Assembly (NCBI GenBank): GCA_043821645.1
Contig: JBDRCO010000059.1
Coordinates: 1-37,604, forward strand
Origin: Pseudomonadota bacterium
GTDB taxonomy: Bacteria > Myxococcota > JACRCW01 > JAFGSX01
Length of the DNA stretch: 37,604 nt
Reading direction: 5' to 3'
The notes beneath the pieces are model-generated. The model did not search any database and was not told where the DNA came from. It saw only the letters and a list, made by a program, of their open reading frames with translations. The translations under genes were made by a program, and so were the position numbers. Within the stretch, counting starts at the first letter, position 1, and every line of letters starts with the position of its first letter. Below are positions 17,321-26,173 of this stretch, piece after piece.

Positions 17321-18979
17321 ATGCGCCTGGCCCCGTATGCAACCTTGCTCGTCCTCGCCCCTCTCGTTGGATCCAACGTGCAGGCCGCGGGCTTCTACGC
17401 CACCGAGCTCGGCGCCCGCGCCATCGGCCGTGCCGGCGCCGATGTGGTCCATCCCAAGGATGGCTATGCGGTGTGGAGCAACCCCGCCGCCCTCGCCAAT
17501 CAAAAGGGGGTCTCCTTCACCACCGACGCCATCGGCGTGCAGCTCAACCTCGAGTACCAGCGCACGGGACCCTTCTCACTGTCCGAATCGACCCACGACT
17601 ACGGCGGCTACCGGGTGCACAACCGTCCCCACGCCGAGATCGATCCCTCGGACATCGGGCTCGAGCCTGGTGACGACTGGCAGCGGGTGTTCACGACGGG
17701 GAACAACCCCTCGCAGGCCACGGTTACCAACAAGGCCTCGCCCTTCGTGCTGAACTGCAGTGCGGTGATCGGCGACGGTCTGGACGGGCACGGTCACTGC
17801 CCCATCCTCGACGGGATCTTGATCATCGGCGAGCGCGGACACGGTGTCCGCGGGTTGACCCTGTCCCTGGCGGTCTACGGGCCACCCACCGGCGGCTACT
17901 GGTTCTGGGACGAGAGCCTGGCCGTGGATCCAGGCAAGCCCGAAGCCGAGCGCTACATCGACAGCAAGGGCTTCGACAGGCGCTTCACCGGACCGCAGCG
18001 CTACATCCTGATCGACCGCGACGTGCTCGAGGCCTTCTACCAGTTCACCACGGCGTACAAGCTGGGACGCTATCTGGCGGTGGGTGTGGGTCTGCAATGG
18101 GTGCAGTCTGGCCTGCGCATGCGCACGGCGGTGTCCGCCGACACCTACGGCACCGAGGATCCGAACTACGACGCGGTGATCAACATCGACGCCAGCAACC
18201 TGTTCCTGCCCAGCGCCAACATCGGCCTGTGGAGCAATCCCATCGCCGGACTCGAGCTGGGTCTGAGCTACCAGCTGATGCGGCCAGTGACCGTGCGCGG
18301 TCCGGCCCGGGTCGACTACAAGGCGCCGGGACTCAGCGACTTCGTCATCGACGACAGCAATGCCCAGGCCACCATCCGCTTCAACATGCCCGCCATCGCG
18401 CGGCTGGGTGCCATGTACCGTCTGGACCCCTGGTTCGACGTCGAAGCCGCCCTGGTGTGGGAGCAGTGGTCGAGCTGGACGCACAACTCGGTGGATGTCG
18501 CGGATCTGCTGTTCTCGGTGCCAGGTCTGGATGCTGTCCCCATGCCGACGGTGATCCAGCCCAAGGCCTACCAGGACACCCTGGGCCTGCGCGTGGGGGG
18601 CGACGTGGACCCCCTGGGCGGCTTCTTGCCAGGTCTGCTGACCCTGCGGGGCGGCGTACTGTACGAGACCAGCGCCATCCCGGACAGCACGCTGGATGTC
18701 TCGCTCATCGACGCCGAGAAGTGGGGCATCAGTACCGGCGTCGAGCTGGCCTACGCCGGCGTGCACCTGCGCGTCGCTTACCAGCACCGTTTCCTCGCCG
18801 AGCGCACGGTCAACGACACCGTGGCCTCGGTGATCGCTCCGCTGGGCGACATCCTCGGCTACGAGACGCGCACCGCCGCGGCCAACGGCGTCTACAAGGC
18901 AAGCTTTGATGTGGGGGCCGTAGCTCTGACCCTCGATGCCATGGAAATGTACGACTACTTCGCAGAACCCAGGCCCTAG
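17321..18979 (+). CDS. OmpP1/FadL/TodX-family outer-membrane channel for hydrophobic compounds
   Basis: Start reassigned to ATG 17321 (RBS GAGGAA). Signal peptide ending VQA-A; hatch motif GFYATELGARAIGRAGA; NPA motif (WSNPAAL); YQDT..LRVG and LRGGVLYETSAIP strands. Confidence 0.85.
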   Translation: MRLAPYATLLVLAPLVGSNVQAAGFYATELGARAIGRAGADVVHPKDGYAVWSNPAALANQKGVSFTTDAIGVQLNLEYQRTGPFSLSESTHDYGGYRVHNRPHAEIDPSDIGLEPGDDWQRVFTTGNNPSQATVTNKASPFVLNCSAVIGDGLDGHGHCPILDGILIIGERGHGVRGLTLSLAVYGPPTGGYWFWDESLAVDPGKPEAERYIDSKGFDRRFTGPQRYILIDRDVLEAFYQFTTAYKLGRYLAVGVGLQWVQSGLRMRTAVSADTYGTEDPNYDAVINIDASNLFLPSANIGLWSNPIAGLELGLSYQLMRPVTVRGPARVDYKAPGLSDFVIDDSNAQATIRFNMPAIARLGAMYRLDPWFDVEAALVWEQWSSWTHNSVDVADLLFSVPGLDAVPMPTVIQPKAYQDTLGLRVGGDVDPLGGFLPGLLTLRGGVLYETSAIPDSTLDVSLIDAEKWGISTGVELAYAGVHLRVAYQHRFLAERTVNDTVASVIAPLGDILGYETRTAAANGVYKASFDVGAVALTLDAMEMYDYFAEPRP

Positions 18980-19005
18980 GTCTGGGTCCACACGGGGGTT
19001 CTGTC

Positions 19006-19716
19006 ATGGCCACGGCCATCGTCGTCGGTGCACCCACTCCCTTCGGGCGCGAGGTCTGCGCCGAGCTGTCCGCCCAGGGCGTCGCCACCATCGCCGTTGT
19101 GCACGATGACCCGGCGACCCAGGCGTCCTGGGCCGCGCGCATCCAGTACAACAGGGTCCGGGTCGACGTGTTCCCGGCCAACATCCAGGCTGCGGCGTCG
19201 CTGATCGCTCGCATGAAGCCCACGCACCTGATCCTGACCACGGGCTGCACCCTGGGGCGAGCCACGGTGATGCGTGCGCTCGGCGTCCCGGCCAGCAACT
19301 ACGAGGAAGGCAACTTCAAGATCACGGACATGTACATTGACGCCATCATCAAGGCCCAGCACCACGCTCACATCGCCTACCTGTCAGCTGTTGGCGCGTC
19401 GGCGCGCTCCAGCGACAAGGCGCTGACCGCCCTGGCGGCCGCCGAGCAGAAGCTGCAGTTCTGCACCCTCCCCTACACCATCCTGCGCGCGCCCCCGCTC
19501 ATGGAGTACGGGAACTCGGGGGCCATGCTGCCTCTCAAGCTCTGGGCCCACATGCGCCGTGGACTGTACAGCGGGCTCGGCCTGGTCGGGATGCGCGCGT
19601 TTGCTTCTGCGCGCAAGCCGGGCGACCCCCGCACCGTCGCGCGTGCCTTGCTCGACGTGGCATTGGGTGAGGGCGTGACCAGCGGCGTGCTCGAGCCCCA
19701 CCAGCTGGGGCTGTGA
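19006..19716 (+). CDS. Atypical SDR / NAD(P)-binding Rossmann-fold protein (degenerate)
   Basis: N-terminal IVVGAPTPFGREV beta-alpha; YLSAVGA, E.KL....LPYTILR.P and VARALL features of TIP30/YraR/NmrA-like atypical SDRs. 26 nt downstream of fadL. Confidence 0.65.
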   Translation: MATAIVVGAPTPFGREVCAELSAQGVATIAVVHDDPATQASWAARIQYNRVRVDVFPANIQAAASLIARMKPTHLILTTGCTLGRATVMRALGVPASNYEEGNFKITDMYIDAIIKAQHHAHIAYLSAVGASARSSDKALTALAAAEQKLQFCTLPYTILRAPPLMEYGNSGAMLPLKLWAHMRRGLYSGLGLVGMRAFASARKPGDPRTVARALLDVALGEGVTSGVLEPHQLGL

Positions 19717-19792
19717 TACCTGATCTGGTTGAAGCGGATCGGTCGTGAGGCACTGCCTTCACCGGCGATTCTTCCTGTCCTGGGCACGCTTG

Positions 19793-19824
19793 AAAAAAAG
19801 TGCCGCTGGCGTTTACCACGGCAC
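19793..19824 (-). terminator. Intrinsic terminator overlapping the stop of the small Zn-ribbon gene
   Basis: Minus strand GTGCCG-TGG-taaacg-CCA-g-CGGCAC-TTTTTTT; the TAA stop sits in the loop. Confidence 0.7.
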
Positions 19825-20067
19825 CTCGTAGTACAGCTGATAGGCACTGATGTTGCCGCAGCTCTGGCACAGGAAGTGGTGGATGTTGACGTCGCCCAGC
19901 GACAGGAAGGGATCGATCTCACCCCAGTAGTGGCTGTTGACCCCTTCCTTGATCGCGGTCTTGCGCTTCTGCATGCCCTCGCAGCGCGGGCACACAGTCG
20001 GCGGCCGGGGCTTCCACTGGCTCTTGAGCTGCTTCTTGCGACGCTTGCGACGGCCCATGGCCACCAT
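19813..20067 (-). CDS. Small basic Zn-ribbon hypothetical protein (about 81-84 aa)
   Basis: MGRRKRRKKQLK N-terminus and CPRC...CQSC; GC3-biased codons; has its own terminator. Start at 20067 or 20058. Confidence 0.7.
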   Translation of the reverse strand: MVAMGRRKRRKKQLKSQWKPRPPTVCPRCEGMQKRKTAIKEGVNSHYWGEIDPFLSLGDVNIHHFLCQSCGNISAYQLYYEVPW

Positions 20068-20132
20068 GTTAGCGCAGCGTGAGGCTGCGCCAAGCGTCGC
20101 GTGCAGCGGTTGTGCTTGGATGCCGAACGTGC

Positions 20133-20155
20133 TTGACAGAGACAACCACGTTGTC
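20133..20155 (+). promoter_or_regulatory. Perfect -35 hexamer followed by a palindromic operator-like site
   Basis: TTGACA (20133-20138) then GACAAC-cac-GTTGTC (20141-20155) in the divergent intergenic gap; the -10 is weak. Confidence 0.35.
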
Positions 20156-20168
20156 GACGGTGCAGGTC

Positions 20169-21464
20169 ATGATGAAGAAGGTCAGCGACGGGAGCCATGC
20201 GGACCGCGATCTGCGGCGTGGCTTCATGACCAAGCACATGATCAAGGGCGCTGCCGGCGGTATCCGCGGCGCCGACTACCTGGATCACGAGGCTGAGTTC
20301 CTGGATCGACGCGATAGCGCGGCCTCGGTCAACCTGCGTGCCAGCGACCAGGAGCGCGCCCTGGCCGAGAAGCTCATGAAGCTGGCGGCCCAGGGTGGCG
20401 CTCCAGCCCAGGCGCAGACGGTCAAGGCGATGAGCAGCACGGTCTCCGCTGCCATCGTCGACGCGGTGGATACGCGACAGGTGGTGAATGTCAGCGCGGC
20501 GCGTGCCGAGAATGAGCGCGCGACGCCGAAGGAGAAGCTCGAGGACGAGCGGGTCAAGCGGAAGCTGCTGCTGCGCGATCCTGAGCCCGTCGACGACGAT
20601 TTCGAGGACGACGAGGACGAGGCCGCTGGCGAGGACGACATCGAGTGGGTGGGTCCCTTTGCAGACGAGGGTGTGGACGCCGCCCTGGCCGCGTCCAGTC
20701 TCGAGCAGATCAGCCGGCTCATCGACGATCCCGAGGCCGAGATGCGCGTGTACGGGACGCTGCGCCTGCTCGACCCTGCCGACATGCGCGCGGGCCTGGG
20801 CTCACCGCTCCGGGTGGCACGACACCTGCGCGTGATCGCGGACCGCATGCTGCAAAGCGGGCAGTTCTCGCGGGATGAGGTGCTGCAGTACCTCACCGGA
20901 TGTTTCGTCAACCTGGGTCATGAGTTCGGGGGCAGCGCGCTGCGCTCCTTCGCCTTCAACGTCGGCATCAGCCAGATCTACCCGCTCGAGGTCCTGGCCC
21001 ACGCCAGCCGGGTGCTCCCGGATTTCTTGCCCCGGACCACGCTGGCTCCGTTCATCACAGGCCGCAAGCGACGCCGTCTCAAGGCCGGCAAGGTCGCGAC
21101 CCTCACCTGCGATCCCTCGATCAAGATCACCGGCTTTGCGCTCAAGGGCGGCGGCGAGCCCGGCTACCAGTTCGCGCCGCGCTCCGATCCTGGCGAGTTC
21201 GCCCTGTGCGTCCTCACACCTGGTTACTTCACCCTGCTGCTCATGGGTCTGGATGTGCATGGCCTCGAGCGCATCCAGGAAATCCGGCTGGCCGTCGAGG
21301 ACCAGGTCACCGGTGAGATCCCGGGAGAGGATCCCGATCTCGCCGAGGCCAGACAAAAAGCCGAAGCAAGGCAGCAGCGTGAGGACAAGAAGAAGGCGGT
21401 CGCGAGCCCCGCGCCACCCCGAAAGAAGAAGAAGAAGAAGAAACCGCCGGTGTTTCCCGGCTAG
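20169..21464 (+). CDS. Hypothetical protein with an acidic patch, probable C-terminal beta domain and poly-Lys tail
   Basis: Long GC3-biased ORF; ATG at 20169/20172; [10 protein letters not shown] segment; tail [12 protein letters not shown]. No family recognised. Confidence 0.8.
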   Translation: MMKKVSDGSHADRDLRRGFMTKHMIKGAAGGIRGADYLDHEAEFLDRRDSAASVNLRASDQERALAEKLMKLAAQGGAPAQAQTVKAMSSTVSAAIVDAVDTRQVVNVSAARAENERATPKEKLEDERVKRKLLLRDPEPVDDDFEDDEDEAAGEDDIEWVGPFADEGVDAALAASSLEQISRLIDDPEAEMRVYGTLRLLDPADMRAGLGSPLRVARHLRVIADRMLQSGQFSRDEVLQYLTGCFVNLGHEFGGSALRSFAFNVGISQIYPLEVLAHASRVLPDFLPRTTLAPFITGRKRRRLKAGKVATLTCDPSIKITGFALKGGGEPGYQFAPRSDPGEFALCVLTPGYFTLLLMGLDVHGLERIQEIRLAVEDQVTGEIPGEDPDLAEARQKAEARQQREDKKKAVASPAPPRKKKKKKKPPVFPG

Positions 21465-21517
21465 ACCCACGGACGATGTCAGCGCACCTCTGTGCCAGGA
21501 CATGCGAGGAGATGAAC

Positions 21518-23131
<1,614 letters not shown>

Positions 23132-23154
23132 GAGGGCGTCGGGCGCCCCCCTCT

Positions 23155-23177
23155 GCCGTCGAAGTGAATTCGACGGC
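23155..23177. terminator. Hairpin between convergent genes (possible bidirectional terminator)
   Basis: Perfect 9-bp inverted repeat GCCGTCGAA-gtgaa-TTCGACGGC; no long U tract. Confidence 0.45.
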
Positions 23178-23230
23178 CTTCACCCCTGCCAGCGTTGATC
23201 TGAGGATCTGTCGATCGTCGGTCGTCAGGA

Positions 23231-25300
23231 TCAGCCGATGCGCCGCCGTCGCGTCGAGAACGCCAGCACTGCGGCGAAGAAGAGCAAGCTGGTCAGGGAA
23301 CTGGCGTCGGAGCAGCCACCGCAGGCCTCGCGCGGACACACACCCCCGGCCACGCACACCCCGCTCACGCAGTCGAGGCCGGCCTGGCAGTCGGTCACGG
23401 ACTCGCAGGCCTGACCGACGCCGGCCTTGGTCGCGCAAGCATAGGCGCCATCGCCGAGGGCAGCACAGCGCAGGTCAGGCCCGCAGTCGTCGTCGCCGCT
23501 GTAGCCGCAGACCTCGCCCACCGACAGAAAGGGCACGCAGCTGTAGCCCCAGCCCGCGTCGCCCTGGACGTAGTCACAGCGCGCGTCGCGGCAGGTGTAG
23601 TCGCTGCTCGATCCGCAGTCCTCACCCAGACCCGGCGCCTGCACACAGGTCGAGCTGGTGTCGTCGCAAAAGTAGCCGGCCGGACAGCTGGAGCTGTACT
23701 GGCAGGGATCCCCGGGCTGCGCCGGGGGTGTGCCCTGCTGGCAGGTCCCCGCGCCGCCGTCGACGCCGCTGCAGCGCAGACTCGACGAGAACATCGAGGC
23801 GGGCTCGGGCTCGCGGCAGCTGGCGCTGAGGTCGTGGCGCTCGGCGCAAGCCTGGCCCTGCAGGGGCTGGCGTGTGCAGGTGCCCGTGGTGGCGGTGGCA
23901 CCGGATCGTGCGCAGTACACGTAGCTGCCCATGCACGAGCCGCGCAGCGACAGCGGCAGGCCCAGCGCCTCGCAGCTCTGCCCCTCGGCCGATCGCAGGG
24001 CACAGGTGCCCTGTCCGTCGTCCACCGCCCCCTGGCAGAAGTTCTGCACCGAGAGGCAGGTGCCCTGCAGGGCCTCGTCGTCGACGTCGACGTAGCAGAT
24101 GCCGTCGAGCTCGGCCAGGGGCCGGCACTGCCCGCGCACGCAGCTCAGGCCGGGCAGGCAGCTGCCCACGTCGGGGCCGCAGGTCTGCTCCTGGCCGCGG
24201 TAGGCCCGGCAGTACTCGGGTCCCCCGTCGGTGCTGCTGGCGCTGCAGGGGCTGCACAGCTCGCAGGCTGTGCTGTGGCCCGTGCACAGCTGGCCAGCAG
24301 GCCGCGGAGGCCCGCACACGCCGCCGTCAAAGGTCCCCGGGCCGCAGCGCAGGCTGTCGGCGCAGGCCCCCCCGGCACAGGCCTGGCCGTCGCCCGGGAG
24401 CGGCCGGCAAAAGCCCTGGTCGTCGCAGGTCAGGCCGTCGTCACAGACCCACTCGCCGGCGTCCAGCTCGCCACAGCGCTGCCCTTGCAGGGCGATACCG
24501 GCGTCGGTGCCGGGCGGTGGCGCCACGCATATTTCGTTCTCGCAGTCGCCGCTGTCCGCGCACAGGTCGAAGGCGTCGCAGCTGTTGCCCGTCGCCACGT
24601 AGACAGCACAGGTGCCTGTGCAGCCGTCAACACGGCGCTTGCAGTGCTGCTCAGCGCCGCATTCCCAGTGCTCCTGGCAATCGCCGCCCGTCGCCACCAG
24701 GCCCACCAGCCAGTCGCTGCATGCCTCCTCGGTCGCCAGGGCGTCGTAGCCACCCGCGTCCTGCGCCGCCGAGAACACCCCGAACAGGCCTCCGTGCTCA
24801 TCGAAGAACTGCCGTCCCTGGCGCAGACAGCTCAGGGCCCGCACCCCGTCGTAGCGCGCGCGACCGGCCTGCTCCGAGGCCCGGATGCGCGTCCCCAGAG
24901 CCCGCGGCCAGGTCGGGGCATCGGGGATGCACTCGGTCTTGAGCAACTCGGGTGAACCCCCGATGTAGTCGTAGGTGCGCTCCTCGACGCTGCCACCGCA
25001 GCTCTGCACGGTGGCGAGCGGGTCGAAGCCAGCCATCCCGGCGGCCAGAGAGTAGGTGAAGAACAGCATGTAGCGGTTGCTGCCCGAGGTGATGGCCTCG
25101 CACAGTCGGTCCAGGGGCAAGTCGCTGGCCGCGAGCAGGGTGCCCTGGGGCCAGGTGTAGGCGTCGCCGGTGGTCACGCCGCCATCGCGCTGGGTGCCGG
25201 CGTCGCGCGTCGAGGGAGTCTTCTCCACGCACCCATTGCAGCCGCTGAGCGAGCCGACACTGGCGAGCAGGCAGGTCGCCAGCACGAGGCGATTCAGCAT
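23231..25300 (-). CDS. Cys-rich cell-surface protein with lipobox and MYXO-CTERM/GC_trans_RRR-like C-terminal anchor
   Basis: ATG 25300 with RBS AGGAGG; LSGC-NGC lipobox. About 10 G[QE]xC...C..G..C....C units. C-terminus CGGCSDASSLTSLLFFAAVLAFSTRRRRIG. Confidence 0.85.
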   Translation of the reverse strand: MLNRLVLATCLLASVGSLSGCNGCVEKTPSTRDAGTQRDGGVTTGDAYTWPQGTLLAASDLPLDRLCEAITSGSNRYMLFFTYSLAAGMAGFDPLATVQSCGGSVEERTYDYIGGSPELLKTECIPDAPTWPRALGTRIRASEQAGRARYDGVRALSCLRQGRQFFDEHGGLFGVFSAAQDAGGYDALATEEACSDWLVGLVATGGDCQEHWECGAEQHCKRRVDGCTGTCAVYVATGNSCDAFDLCADSGDCENEICVAPPPGTDAGIALQGQRCGELDAGEWVCDDGLTCDDQGFCRPLPGDGQACAGGACADSLRCGPGTFDGGVCGPPRPAGQLCTGHSTACELCSPCSASSTDGGPEYCRAYRGQEQTCGPDVGSCLPGLSCVRGQCRPLAELDGICYVDVDDEALQGTCLSVQNFCQGAVDDGQGTCALRSAEGQSCEALGLPLSLRGSCMGSYVYCARSGATATTGTCTRQPLQGQACAERHDLSASCREPEPASMFSSSLRCSGVDGGAGTCQQGTPPAQPGDPCQYSSSCPAGYFCDDTSSTCVQAPGLGEDCGSSSDYTCRDARCDYVQGDAGWGYSCVPFLSVGEVCGYSGDDDCGPDLRCAALGDGAYACATKAGVGQACESVTDCQAGLDCVSGVCVAGGVCPREACGGCSDASSLTSLLFFAAVLAFSTRRRRIG

Positions 25301-25388
25301 GGGACACCTCCTGTGTGCGGCAGTGATAGCACGCTGTCGGTGCCCCCTGCGAGCCATGGACTGGCCGGCCCCCGCCGTCGGGTCAAAA

Positions 25389-25411
25389 TGACTGCAACAT
25401 AACTCTGGTCA
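25389..25411. promoter_or_regulatory. Candidate TetR operator, copy 1 (TGAC-N15-GTCA)
   Basis: TGACtgcaacataactcTGGTCA; same half-sites and spacing as copy 2. Confidence 0.5.
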
Positions 25412-25462
25412 GTGATTCTTCCGGGGCGTGACCCGGCCCCGGGGATACGCAAAAAATGCGCT

Positions 25463-25492
25463 TTGACGTCTTGAGTTAGGAACTTTTACATG
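25463..25492 (+). promoter_or_regulatory. Putative promoter of the tetR-MMPL operon
   Basis: TTGACG-N17-TTACAT(G) in a locally AT-rich tract, upstream of operator copy 2. Confidence 0.35.
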
Positions 25493-25520
25493 TTCTCTAC
25501 ACCTCTCGGTGGCGCGATGT

Positions 25521-25547
25521 GGTGACCTGATCACCAGCTTGGTCACC
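25521..25547. promoter_or_regulatory. Candidate TetR operator, copy 2
   Basis: GGTGACC-N13-GGTCACC (7-bp perfect inverted repeat containing TGAC-N15-GTCA), immediately before the tetR RBS. Confidence 0.6.
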
Positions 25548-25558
25548 CGGGAGAACTG

Positions 25559-26173
25559 TTGCCCCACGACCCCGAAAAAGAGCGCCGCGTGCTCGAGGCC
25601 GCGCTGCCCCTGTTCGTGAAGCAGGGCCTGCGCCACACCACCGTGGAGCAGATCGCGGCCTCCGCGGGCATAGGCAAGGGCACGGTCTACCTGTACTTCG
25701 AGAGCAAGGGCGGCATCCTGCTGGCCATCGCCCGACGCGAGGCCGGCGAGCTGCTGCGCAAGGTGCGCAGCGCGGTGCGCCGCGAGCACGACGCCACAGG
25801 CCAGCTGCGCGCCTTCTTGCAGGCCCGGGTGCAGGGCGTGCGCGACCTCCTGAGCGTCCACGGCATCGCCGCGGACCTGATGCGTGAGCTCAGGCCAGAC
25901 ATCGAGTCGCTGTACCAGGAGTTCAACCTGGCCGAGCGCGCCATCGTCGAGGACATCCTCGAGGGCGGCGTCGAGCGCGGCGAGTGGCGCGTGGACGACG
26001 TGGCCATGGCCAGCCTGGCCATCTCGGCCTCGCTGCGCGCCCTCGAGGAGCCCTGGCTGTACGAGGGCCGCGAGCTGAGGCAAGCACAGAAGGTCGATGC
26101 CCTGCACGCGCTGTTCATCCAGGGCCTGCGCAACCTGTCCTCCCCCGCCCGTCCACGAGGTGTCCGGTCATGA
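25559..26173 (+). CDS. TetR/AcrR-family transcriptional regulator
   Basis: HTH motif LF..QG...TTVEQIA..AGIGKGTVYLYFESK; TTG start with GGGAG; stop overlaps the next ATG (ATGA). Confidence 0.93.
   Translation: MPHDPEKERRVLEAALPLFVKQGLRHTTVEQIAASAGIGKGTVYLYFESKGGILLAIARREAGELLRKVRSAVRREHDATGQLRAFLQARVQGVRDLLSVHGIAADLMRELRPDIESLYQEFNLAERAIVEDILEGGVERGEWRVDDVAMASLAISASLRALEEPWLYEGRELRQAQKVDALHALFIQGLRNLSSPARPRGVRS

Noticed and set aside
21423-21443. (AAG)n run as a possible phase-variation tract
   Set aside because: A trinucleotide unit keeps the frame and simply encodes the poly-Lys tail.
23231-25300. Calling this gene traA
   Set aside because: It shares only the Cys-rich stalk and C-terminal tag layout; no PA14-like domain is recognised and there is no adjacent OmpA-domain traB.
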